DNA of 64,000 nt from Eledone cirrhosa (Eukaryota): the NCBI GenBank assembly GCA_964016885.1, contig OZ024740.1:27776001-27840000 (forward strand), written 5' to 3'. The notes under the pieces are model-generated. The model was not told where the DNA came from. It was given only the letters and a program-made list of their open reading frames with translations, and ran no database searches. Below, piece by piece: positions 1-13,070 of this stretch. Position 1 is the first letter of the stretch. Every line of letters begins with the position of its first letter. A program made the position numbers and the translations under genes.

Positions 1-220
1 TATTAGTAAGAGCAATATATTGTGTCTATTGTAATCAATATTAGAGTTGGTAACATATTAGTAAGAGCAATATATTGTGTCTATTGTAATCAATATTTCA
101 GTTAGTAACATATTAGTAAGAGCATTACCTTGTGTCTATTGTAATCAATATTACAGGTGATAACATATTAGTAAGAGCAATATATTGTGTCTTTCGTAAT
201 CAATATTACAGTTGGTAACA

Positions 221-275
221 TATTAGTAAGAGCAATACCTTGTGTCTATTGTAATCAATATTACAGTTGGTAACA
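221..275 (+). repeat. Representative perfect consensus monomer
   Basis: Positions 221-275 read TATTAGTAAGAGCAATACCTTGTGTCTATTGTAATCAATATTACAGTTGGTAACA, and the next monomer starts at 276. Confidence 0.99.
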
Positions 276-276
276 T
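223..276 (-). other. Monomer-sized mini-ORF, 17 aa MLPTVILITIDTRYCSY* (representative copy; translation unproven)
   Basis: The minus strand reads ATG TTA CCA ACT GTA ATA TTG ATT ACA ATA GAC ACA AGG TAT TGC TCT TAC TAA, then one T, then the next ATG. The ORF is certain; the confidence value refers to it being a functional CDS. Confidence 0.12.
248..267. other. Dyad symmetry within each monomer: TGTAAT-CAAT-ATTACA (representative copy)
   Basis: TGTAAT (250-255) is the reverse complement of ATTACA (260-265), with a 4-nt loop. It extends by a T.G wobble and an A-T pair to 248-267 and overlaps the palindrome AATATT (SspI site). Confidence 0.85.
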
Positions 277-3200
277 ATTAGTAAGAGCAATACCTCGTGT
301 CTATTGTAATAATCAATATTACAGTTGGTAACATATTAGTAAGAGCAATACCTTGTGTCTATTGTAATAATCAATATTACAGTTGGTAACATATTAGTAA
401 GAGCAATACCTTGTGTCTATTGTAATCAATATTACAGTTGGTAACATATTAGTAAGAGCAATACCTTGTGTCTATTGTAATCAATATTACAGTTGGTAAC
501 ACATTAGTAAGAGCAATACCTCGTGTCTATTGTAATCAATATTACAGTTGGTAAAATATTAGTAAGATCAATACCTTGTGTCTGTTGTAATCAATATTAC
601 AGTTGGTAACATATTAGTAAGAGCAATACCTTGTGTCTATTGTAATCAATATTACAGTTGGTAACATATTAGTAAGAGCAATACCTTGTGTCTATTGTAA
701 TCAATATTACAGTTGGTAACATATTGGTAAGAGCAATACCTTGTGTCTATTGTAATCAATATTACAGTTGGTAACATATTAGTAAGAGCAATACCTTGTG
801 TCTATTGTAATCAATATCACAGTTGGTAACATATTAGTAAGAGCAATACCTTGTGTCTATTGTAATCAATATTACAGTTGGTAACATATTAGTAAGAGCA
901 ATACCTTGTGTCTATTGTAATCAATATCACAGTTGGTAACATATTAGTAAGAGCAATACCTTGTGTCTATTGTAATCAATATCACAGTTGGTAACATATT
1001 AGTAAGAACAATACCTCGTGTATATTGTAATCAATATTACAGTTGGTAACACATTTGTAAGAGCAATACCTTGTGTCTATTGTAACCAATATCACAGTTG
1101 GTAACATATTAGTAAGAGCAATACCGTGTGTCTATTGTAATCAATATTACAGTTGGTAACATATTAGTAAGAGTAATACCTTGTGTCTATTGTAATCAAT
1201 ATCACAGTTGGTAACATATTAGTAAGAGCAATACCGTGTGTCTATTGTAATCAATATCACATTTGGTAATATATTAGTAAGAGCAATATATTGTGTCTAT
1301 TGTAATCAATATTAGAGTTGGTAACATATTAGTAAGAGCAATATATTGTGTCTATTGTAATCAATATTTCAGTTAGTAACATATTAGTAAGAGCATTACC
1401 TTGTGTCTATTGTAATCAATATTACAGGTGATAACATATTAGTAAGAGCAATATATTGTGTCTTTCGTAATCAATATTACAGTTGGTAACATATTAGTAA
1501 GAGCAATACCTTGTGTCTATTGTAATCAATATTACAGTTGGTAACATATTAGTAAGAGCAATACCTCGTGTCTATTGTAATAATCAATATTACAGTTGGT
1601 AACATATTAGTAAGAGCAATACCTTGTGTCTATTGTAATAATCAATATTACAGTTGGTAACATATTAGTAAGAGCAATACCTTGTGTCTATTGTAATCAA
1701 TATTACAGTTGGTAACATATTAGTAAGAGCAATACCTTGTGTCTATTGTAATCAATATTACAGTTGGTAACACATTAGTAAGAGCAATACCTCGTGTCTA
1801 TTGTAATCAATATTACAGTTGGTAAAATATTAGTAAGATCAATACCTTGTGTCTGTTATAATCAATATTACAGTTGGTAACATATTAGTAAGAGCAATAC
1901 CTTGTGTCTATTGTAATCAATATTACAGTTGGTAACATATTAGTAAGAGCAATACCTTGTGTCTATTGTAATCAATATTACAGTTGGTAACATATTGGTA
2001 AGAGCAATACCTTGTGTCTATTGTAATCAATATTACAGTTGGTAACATATTAGTAAGAGCAATACCTTGTGTCTATTGTAATCAATATCACAGTTGGTAA
2101 CATATTAGTAAGAGCAATACCTTGTGTCTATTGTAATCAATATTACAGTTGGTAACATATTAGTAAGAGCAATACCTTGTGTCTATTGTAATCAATATCA
2201 CAGTTGGTAACATATTAGTAAGAGCAATACCTTGTGTCTAATGTAATCAATATCACAGTTGGTAACATATTAGTAAGAACAATACCTCGTGTCTATTGTA
2301 ATCTATATCACAGTTGGTAACATATTAGTAAGAGCAATACCTTGTGTCTATTGTAATCAATATTACAGTTGGTAACATATTAGTAAGAGCAATACCTTGT
2401 GCCTATTGTAATCAATATTACAGTTGGTAACATATTAGTAAGTGCAATACCTTGTGTCTATTGTAATCAATATTACAGTTGGTAACATATTTGTAAGAGC
2501 AATTCCTTGTGTCTATTGTAATCAATATTAGAGTTGGTAACATATTAGTAAGAGCAATACCTCTTGTCTATTGTAATCAATATCACAGTTGGTAACATAT
2601 TAGTAAGAGCAATACCGTGTGTCTACTGTAATCAATATTACAGGTGGTAACATATTAGTAAGAGCAATATATTGTGTCTATTGTAATCAATATTACAGTT
2701 GGTAACATATTAGTAAGAGCAATATATTGTGTCTATTGTAATCAATATTACAGTTGGTAACATATTACTAAGAGCAATACCGTGTGTCTATTGTAATCAA
2801 TATTACAGTGGGTAACATATTAGTAAGAGTAACACCTTGTGTCTATTGTAATCAATATCACAGTTGGTAACATATTAGTAAGAGCAATACCTTGTGTCTA
2901 TTGTAATCAATATTACAGGTGGTAACATATTAGTAAGAGCAATACCTTGTGTCTATTGTAATCAATATTACAGGTGGTAACATATTAGTAAGAGCAATAC
3001 CTTGTGTCTATTGTAATCAATATCACAGTTGGTAACATATTAGTAAGAGCAATACCGTGTGTCTATTGTAATCAATATAACAGGTGGTAACATATTAGTA
3101 AGAGCAATACCTTGTGTCTATTGTAATCAATATTACAGGTGGTAGCATATTAGTAAAAGCAATACCTTGTGTCTATTGTAATCAATATCACAGTTGGTAA

Positions 3201-4544
3201 CATATTAGTAAGAGCAATACCTTGTGTCTATTGTAATCAATATTACAGGTGGTAGCATATTAGTAAAAGCAATACCTTGTGTCTATTGTAATCAATATTA
3301 CAGTTGGTAACATATTAGTAAGAGCAATACCTTGTGTCTATTGTAATCAATATTACAGTTGGTAACATATTAGTAAGAGCAATACTTTGTGTCTATTGTA
3401 ATCAATATTACAGTTGGTAACATATTAGTAAAAGCAATACCTTGTGTCTATTGTAATCAATATTACAGTTGGTAACATATTAGTAAGAGCAATACCTTGT
3501 GCCTAATGTAATCAATATTACAGTTGGTAACATATTAGTAAGAGCAATAGCTTGTGTCTATTGTAATCAATATTACAGTTGGTAACATATTAGTAAGAAC
3601 AATACCTTGTGTCTATTGTAATCAATATTACAGTTGGTAACATATTAGTAAGAACAATACCTTGTGTCTATTGTAATCAATATTACAGCTGGTAACATAT
3701 TAGTAAGAGCAATACCTTGTGTCTATTGTAATCAATATTACAGTTGGTAACATATTAGTAAGAGCAATACCTTGTGTATATTGTAATCAATATTACAGTT
3801 AGTAACATATTAGTAAGAGCAATACCTTGTGTCTATTGTAATCAATATTACAGTTGGTAACATATTAGTAAGAGCAATACCTCGTGTCTAATGTAATCAA
3901 TATCACAGTTGGTAACATATTAGTAAGAGCAATACCTCCTTGTGTCTATGGTAATCAATATTAAGGTTGGTAACATATTAGTAAGAACAATACCTTGTGT
4001 CTATTGTAATCAATATTACAGGTGGTAGCATATTAGTAAAAGCAATACCTTGTGTCTATTGTAATCAATATTACAGTTGGTAACATATTAGTAAGAGCAA
4101 TACCTTGTGTCTATTGTAATCAATATTACAGTTGGTAATATATTAGTAAGAGCAATACTTTGTGTCTATTGTAATCAATATTACAGTTGGTAACATATTA
4201 GTAAAAGCAATACCTTGTGTCTATTGTAATCAATATTACAGTTGGTAACATATTAGTAAGAGCAATACCTTGTGTCTAATGTAATCAATATTACAGTTGG
4301 TAACATATTAGTAAGAGCAATACCTTGTGTCTATTGTAATCAATATTACAGTTGGTAACATATTAGTAAGAACAATACCTTGTGTCTATTGTAATCAATA
4401 TTACAGTTGGTAACATATTAGTAAGAACAATACCTTGTGTCTATTGTAATCAATATTACAGTTAGTAACATATTAGTGAGATCAATACCTTGTGTCTATT
4501 GTAATCAATATTACAGTTGGTAACATATTAGTAAGAACAATACC

Positions 4545-7500
4545 TTGTGTCTATTGTAATCAATATTACAGTTGGTAACATATTAGTAAGAGCAATACCT
4601 CGTGTCTAATGTAATCAATATCACAGTTGGTAACATATTAGTAAGAGCAATACCTCCTTGTGTCTATGGTAATCAATATTAAGGTTGGTAACATATTAGT
4701 AAGAGCAATACCTTGTGTCTATTGTAATCAATATTACAGGTGGTAGCATATTAGTAAAAGCAATACCTTGTGTCTATTGTAATCAATATTACAGTTGGTA
4801 AAATATTAGTAAGAGCAATACTTTGTGTCTATTGTAATCAATATTACAGTTGGTAACATATTAGTAAAAGCAATACCTTGTGTCTATTGTAATCAATATT
4901 ACAGTTGGTAACATATTAGTAAGAGCAATACTTTGTGTCTATTGTAATCAATATTACAGTTGGTAACATATTAGTAAGAGCAATACCTTCTGTCTAATGT
5001 AATCAATATTACAGTTAGTAACATATTAGTAAGAGCAATACCTTGTGTCTATTGTATTCAATATTACAGTTGGTAACATATTAGTAAGAGCAATACCTCG
5101 TGTCTAATGTAATCAATATTACAGTTGGTAACATATTAGTAAGAGCAATACCTCGTGTCTAATGTAATCAATATTACAGTTGGTAACATATTAGTAAGAG
5201 CAATACCTTGTGTCTATTGTAATCAATATTACAGTTGGTAACATATTAGTAAGAGCAATACCTCGTGTCTAATGTAATCAATATCACAGTTAGTAACATA
5301 TTAGTAAGAGCAATACCTCCTTGTGTCTATGGTAATCAATATTACAGTTGGTAACATATTAGTAAGAGCAATACCTTGTGTCTATTGTAATCAATATTAC
5401 AGTTGGTAAAATATTAGTAAGAGCAATACCTTGTGTCTATTGTAATCAATATTACAGTTGGTAACATATTAGTAAAAGCAATGCCTTGTGTCTATTGTAA
5501 TCCATATTACAGTTGGTAACATATTAGTAAGAGCAATACCTTGTGTCTATTGTAATCAATATTACAGTTGGTAACATATTAGTAAGAGCAATACCTTGTG
5601 TCTATTGTAATCAATATTAAAGTTGGTGACATATTAGTAACAGCAATACCTTGTGTCTATTGTAATCAATATTACAGTTGGTAACATATTAGTAAGAGCA
5701 ATACCTTGTGACTATTGTAATCAATATTACAGTTGGTAACATATTAGTAAGAGCAATACCTTGTGTCTATTGTAATCAATATTACAGTTGGTAACATATT
5801 AGTAAGAGCAATACCTTGTGTCTATTGTAATCAATATTACAGTTGGTAACATATTAGTAAGAGCAATACCTTCTGTCTATTGTAATCAATATTACAGTTG
5901 GTAACATATTAGTAAGAGCAATACCTTGTGTCTATTGTAATCAATATTACAGTTGGTAACATATTAGTAAGAGCAATAACTTGTGTCTATTGTAATCAAT
6001 ATTACAGTTGGTAACATATTAGTAAGAGCAATACCTTGTGTCTATTGTAATCAATATTACAGTTGGTAACATATTAGTAAGAGCAATACCTCGTGTCTAT
6101 TGTAATCAATATTACAGGTGGTAACATATTAGTAAGAGCAATACCTTGTGTCTATTGTAATCAATATTACAGGTGGTAACATATTAGTAAGAGTAATACC
6201 TTGTGTCTATTGTAATCAATATCGCAGTTGGTAACATATTAGTAAGAGCAATACCGTGTGTCTATTGTAATCAATATTACATGTGGTAACATATTAGTAA
6301 GAGCAATACCTTGTGTCTATTGTAATCAATATTACAGGTGGTAGCATATTAGTAAAAGCAATACCTTGTGTCTATTGTAATCAATATCACAGTTGGTAAC
6401 ATATTAGTAAGAGCAATACCTTGTGTCTATTGTAATCAATATTACAGGTGGTAGCATATTAGTAAAAGCAATACCTTGTGTCTATTGTAATCAATATTAC
6501 AGTTGGTAACATATTAGTAAGAGCAATACCTTGTGTCTATTGTAATCAATATTACAGTTGGTAACATATTAGTAAGAGCAATACTTTGTGTCTATTGTAA
6601 TCAATATTACAGTTGGTAACATATTAGTAAAAGCAATACCTTGTGTCTATTGTAATCAATATTACAGTTGGTAACATATTAGTAAGAGCAATACCTCGTG
6701 TCTAATGTAATCAATATTACAGTTTGTAACATATTAGTAAGAGCAATACCTTGTGTCTATTGTAATCAATATTACAGTTGGTAACATATTAGTAAGAGCA
6801 ATACCTTGTGCCTATTGTAATCAATATTACAGTTGGTAACATATTAGTAAGAGCAATACCTTGTGTCTATTGTAATCAATATTACAGTTGGTAACATATT
6901 AGTAAGAGCAATACCTTGTGTCTATTGTAATCAATATTACAGTTGGTAACATATTAGTAAGAGCAATACCTTGTGTCTATTGTAATCAATATTACAGTTG
7001 GTAACATATTAGTAAGAGCAATACCTTGTGTCTATTGTAATCAATATTACAGTTGGTAACATATTAGTAAGAAAAATACCTTATGTCTATTGTAATCAAT
7101 ATTACAGTTGGTAACATATTTGTAAGAGCAATTCCTTGTGTCTATTGTAATCAATATTAGAGTTGGTAACATATTAGTAAGAGCAATACCTATTGTCTAT
7201 TGTAATCAATATCACAGTTGGTAACATATTAGTAAGAGCAATACCGTGTGTCTACTGTAATCAATATTACAGGTGGTAACATATTAGTAAGAACAATACC
7301 TCGTGTCTATTGTAATCAATATTACAGTTGGTAACACATTAGTAAGAGCAATACCTTGTGGCTATTGTAACCAATATCACAGTTGGTAACATATTAGTAA
7401 GAGCAATACCGTGTGTCTATTTTAATCAATATTACAGTTGGTAACATATTAGTAAGAGTAATACCTTGTGTCTATTGTAATCAATATCACAGTTGGTAAC

Positions 7501-10500
7501 ATATTAGTAAGAGCAATACCGTGTGTCTATTGTAATCAATATCAGATTTGGTAACATATTAGTAAGAGCAATACCTTGTGTCTATTGTAATCAATATTAC
7601 AGGTGGTAACATATTAGTAAGAGCAATATATTGTGTCTATTGTAATCAATATTACAGTTGGTAACATATTACTAAGAGCAATACCGTGTGTCTATTGTAA
7701 TCAATATTACAGTGGGTAACATAATAGTAAGAGTAACACCTTGTGTCTATTGTAATCAATATCACAGTTGGTAACATATTAGTAAGAGCAATACCTTGTG
7801 TCTATTGTAATCAATATTACAGGTGGTAACATATTAGTAAGAGCAATACCTTGTGTCTATTGTAATCAATATTACAGGTGGTAACATATTAGTAAGAGCA
7901 ATACCTTGTGTCTATTGTAATCAATATCACAGTTGGTAACATATTAGTAAGAGCAATACCGTGTGTCTATTGTAATCAATATAACAGGTGGTAACATATT
8001 AGTAAGAGCAATACCTTGTGTCTATTGTAATCAATATTACAGGTGGTAGCATATTAGTAAAAGCAATACCTTGTGTCTATTGTAATCAATATCACAGTTG
8101 GTAACATATTAGTAAGAGCAATACCTTGTGTCTATTGTAATCAATATTACAGGTGGTAGCATATTAGTAAAAGCAATACCTTGTGTCTATTGTAATCAAT
8201 ATTACAGTTGGTAACATATTAGTAAGAGCAATACCTTGTGTCTATTGTAATCAATATTACAGTTGGTAACATATTAGTAAGAGCAATACTTTGTGTCTAT
8301 TGTAATCAATATTACAGTTGGTAACATATTAGTAAAAGCAATACCTTGTGTCTATTGTAATCAATATTACAGTTGGTAACATATTAGTAAGAGCAATACC
8401 TTGTGCCTAATGTAATCAATATTACAGTTGGTAACATATTAGTAAGAGCAATACCTTGTGTCTATTGTAATCAATATCACAGTTGGTAACATATTAGTAA
8501 GAGCAATACCGTGTGTCTATTGTAATCAATATAACAGGTGGTAACATATTAGTAAGAGCAATACCTTGTGTCTATTGTAATCAATATTACAGGTGGTAGC
8601 ATATTAGTAAAAGCAATACCTTGTGTCTATTGTAATCAATATCACAGTTGGTAACATATTAGTAAGAGCAATACCTTGTGTCTATTGTAATCAATATTAC
8701 AGGTGGTAGCATATTAGTAAAAGCAATACCTTGTGTCTATTGTAATCAATATTACAGTTGGTAACATATTAGTAAGAGCAATACCTTGTGTCTATTGTAA
8801 TCAATATTACAGTTGGTAACATATTAGTAAGAGCAATACTTTGTGTCTATTGTAATCAATATTACAGTTGGTAACATATTAGTAAAAGCAATACCTTGTG
8901 TCTATTGTAATCAATATTACAGTTGGTAACATATTAGTAAGAGCAATACCTTGTGCCTAATGTAATCAATATTACAGTTGGTAACATATTAGTAAGAGCA
9001 ATAGCTTGTGTCTATTGTAATCAATATTACAGTTGGTAACATATTAGTAAGAACAATACCTTGTGTCTATTGTAATCAATATTACAGTTGGTAACATATT
9101 AGTAAGAGCAATACCTCGTGTCTAATGTAATCAATATCACAGTTGGTAACATATTAGTAAGAGCAATACCTCCTTGTGTCTATGGTAATCAATATTAAGG
9201 TTGGTAACATATTAGTAAGAGCAATACCTTGTGTCTATTGTAATCAATATTACAGGTGGTAGCATATTAGTAAAAGCAATACCTTGTGTCTATTGTAATC
9301 AATATTACAGTTGGTAAAATATTAGTAAGAGCAATACTTTGTGTCTATTGTAATCAATATTACAGTTGGTAACATATTAGTAAAAGCAATACCTTGTGTC
9401 TATTGTAATCAATATTACAGTTGGTAACATATTAGTAAGAGCAATACTTTGTGTCTATTGTAATCAATATTACAGTTGGTAACATATTAGTAAGAGCAAT
9501 ACCTTCTGTCTAATGTAATCAATATTACAGTTAGTAACATATTAGTAAGAGCAATACCTTGTGTCTATTGTATTCAATATTACAGTTGGTAACATATTAG
9601 TAAGAGCAATACCTCGTGTCTAATGTAATCAATATTACAGTTGGTAACATATTAGTAAGAGCAATACCTCGTGTCTAATGTAATCAATATTACAGTTGGT
9701 AACATATTAGTAAGAGCAATACCTTGTGTCTATTGTAATCAATATTACAGTTGGTAACATATTAGTAAGAGCAATACCTCGTGTCTAATGTAATCAATAT
9801 CACAGTTAGTAACATATTAGTAAGAGCAATACCTCCTTGTGTCTATGGTAATCAATATTACAGTTGGTAACATATTAGTAAGAGCAATACCTTGTGTCTA
9901 TTGTAATCAATATTACAGTTGGTAAAATATTAGTAAGAGCAATACCTTGTGTCTATTGTAATCAATATTACAGTTGGTAACATATTAGTAAAAGCAATGC
10001 CTTGTGTCTATTGTAATCCATATTACAGTTGGTAACATATTAGTAAGAGCAATACCTTGTGTCTATTGTAATCAATATTACAGTTGGTAACATATTAGTA
10101 AGAGCAATACCTTGTGTCTATTGTAATCAATATTAAAGTTGGTGACATATTAGTAACAGCAATACCTTGTGTCTATTGTAATCAATATTACAGTTGGTAA
10201 CATATTAGTAAGAGCAATACCTTGTGACTATTGTAATCAATATTACAGTTGGTAACATATTAGTAAGAGCAATACCTTGTGTCTATTGTAATCAATATTA
10301 CAGTTGGTAACATATTAGTAAGAGCAATACCTTGTGTCTATTGTAATCAATATTACAGTTGGTAACATATTAGTAAGAGCAATACCTTCTGTCTATTGTA
10401 ATCAATATTACAGTTGGTAACATATTAGTAAGAGCAATACCTTGTGTCTATTGTAATCAATATTACAGTTGGTAACATATTAGTAAGAGCAATAACTTGT

Positions 10501-13070
10501 GTCTATTGTAATCAATATTACAGTTGGTAACATATTAGTAAGAGCAATACCTTGTGTCTATTGTAATCAATATTACAGTTGGTAACATATTAGTAAGAGC
10601 AATACCTCGTGTCTATTGTAATCAATATTACAGGTGGTAACATATTAGTAAGAGCAATACCTTGTGTCTATTGTAATCAATATTACAGGTGGTAACATAT
10701 TAGTAAGAGTAATACCTTGTGTCTATTGTAATCAATATCGCAGTTGGTAACATATTAGTAAGAGCAATACCGTGTGTCTATTGTAATCAATATTACATGT
10801 GGTAACATATTAGTAAGAGCAATACCTTGTGTCTATTGTAATCAATATTACAGGTGGTAGCATATTAGTAAAAGCAATACCTTGTGTCTATTGTAATCAA
10901 TATCACAGTTGGTAACATATTAGTAAGAGCAATACCTTGTGTCTATTGTAATCAATATTACAGGTGGTAGCATATTAGTAAAAGCAATACCTTGTGTCTA
11001 TTGTAATCAATATTACAGTTGGTAACATATTAGTAAGAGCAATACCTTGTGTCTATTGTAATCAATATTACAGTTGGTAACATATTAGTAAGAGCAATAC
11101 TTTGTGTCTATTGTAATCAATATTACAGTTGGTAACATATTAGTAAAAGCAATACCTTGTGTCTATTGTAATCAATATTACAGTTGGTAACATATTAGTA
11201 AGAGCAATACCTCGTGTCTAATGTAATCAATATTACAGTTTGTAACATATTAGTAAGAGCAATACCTTGTGTCTATTGTAATCAATATTACAGTTGGTAA
11301 CATATTAGTAAGAGCAATACCTTGTGCCTATTGTAATCAATATTACAGTTGGTAACATATTAGTAAGAGCAATACCTTGTGTCTATTGTAATCAATATTA
11401 CAGTTGGTAACATATTAGTAAGAGCAATACCTTGTGTCTATTGTAATCAATATTACAGTTGGTAACATATTAGTAAGAGCAATACCTTGTGTCTATTGTA
11501 ATCAATATTACAGTTGGTAACATATTAGTAAGAGCAATACCTTGTGTCTATTGTAATCAATATTACAGTTGGTAACATATTAGTAAGAAAAATACCTTAT
11601 GTCTATTGTAATCAATATTACAGTTGGTAACATATTTGTAAGAGCAATTCCTTGTGTCTATTGTAATCAATATTAGAGTTGGTAACATATTAGTAAGAGC
11701 AATACCTATTGTCTATTGTAATCAATATCACAGTTGGTAACATATTAGTAAGAGCAATACCGTGTGTCTACTGTAATCAATATTACAGGTGGTAACATAT
11801 TAGTAAGAACAATACCTCGTGTCTATTGTAATCAATATTACAGTTGGTAACACATTAGTAAGAGCAATACCTTGTGGCTATTGTAACCAATATCACAGTT
11901 GGTAACATATTAGTAAGAGCAATACCGTGTGTCTATTTTAATCAATATTACAGTTGGTAACATATTAGTAAGAGTAATACCTTGTGTCTATTGTAATCAA
12001 TATCACAGTTGGTAACATATTAGTAAGAGCAATACCGTGTGTCTATTGTAATCAATATCAGATTTGGTAACATATTAGTAAGAGCAATACCTTGTGTCTA
12101 TTGTAATCAATATTACAGGTGGTAACATATTAGTAAGAGCAATATATTGTGTCTATTGTAATCAATATTACAGTTGGTAACATATTACTAAGAGCAATAC
12201 CGTGTGTCTATTGTAATCAATATTACAGTGGGTAACATAATAGTAAGAGTAACACCTTGTGTCTATTGTAATCAATATCACAGTTGGTAACATATTAGTA
12301 AGAGCAATACCTTGTGTCTATTGTAATCAATATTACAGGTGGTAACATATTAGTAAGAGCAATACCTTGTGTCTATTGTAATCAATATTACAGGTGGTAA
12401 CATATTAGTAAGAGCAATACCTTGTGTCTATTGTAATCAATATCACAGTTGGTAACATATTAGTAAGAGCAATACCGTGTGTCTATTGTAATCAATATAA
12501 CAGGTGGTAACATATTAGTAAGAGCAATACCTTGTGTCTATTGTAATCAATATTACAGGTGGTAGCATATTAGTAAAAGCAATACCTTGTGTCTATTGTA
12601 ATCAATATCACAGTTGGTAACATATTAGTAAGAGCAATACCTTGTGTCTATTGTAATCAATATTACAGGTGGTAGCATATTAGTAAAAGCAATACCTTGT
12701 GTCTATTGTAATCAATATTACAGTTGGTAACATATTAGTAAGAGCAATACCTTGTGTCTATTGTAATCAATATTACAGTTGGTAACATATTAGTAAGAGC
12801 AATACTTTGTGTCTATTGTAATCAATATTACAGTTGGTAACATATTAGTAAAAGCAATACCTTGTGTCTATTGTAATCAATATTACAGTTGGTAACATAT
12901 TAGTAAGAGCAATACCTTGTGCCTAATGTAATCAATATTACAGTTGGTAACATATTAGTAAGAGCAATAGCTTGTGTCTATTGTAATCAATATTACAGTT
13001 GGTAACATATTAGTAAGAACAATACCTTGTGTCTATTGTAATCAATATTACAGTTGGTAACATATTAGTA
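4545..13070. repeat. Higher-order tandem duplication, offset 4516 bp (82 monomers + 6)
   Basis: GGTGACATATTAGTAACAGC occurs at 5625 and 10141, and ATAACAGGTG at 7981 and 12497. The first copy carries an extra 10-monomer duplication. Confidence 0.92.
7900..9000. repeat. 10-monomer (550 bp) tandem duplication
   Basis: ATAACAGGTG occurs at 7981 and 8531, and TTGTGCCTAA at 8401 and 8951. Confidence 0.92.

Larger units (their letters stand above)
1..2290. repeat. Higher-order duplication, offset 1271 bp (23 monomers + 6)
   Basis: The rare variant series (AATATATTG, ATTAGAG, TTTCAGTTAG, GCATTACC, GGTGATAAC, CTTTCGT, two TAA insertions, AAGATCAAT) occurs from 1 and again from 1272. Confidence 0.93.

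Noticed and set aside
221-275. Promoter -10-like or terminator motifs in the monomer
   Set aside because: AT-rich hexamers are expected at 71% AT. There is no convincing -35/-10 pair, and the hairpin lacks a GC-rich stem and U-tract.
221-385. 3 x 55 = 165 bp as a nucleosome-length unit
   Set aside because: No trimer periodicity is visible in the variants (dimer, 5-mer and larger blocks are seen instead) and there are no phased A-tracts. It is a numerical coincidence without chromatin data.
3925-3945. The CCT insertion creates a perfect Shine-Dalgarno-like AAGGAGGT on the minus strand upstream of the next mini-ORF ATG
   Set aside because: It lies 15 nt from the ATG, beyond the usual spacing, and is simply explained by CCT slippage. 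The host is not known to be prokaryotic.
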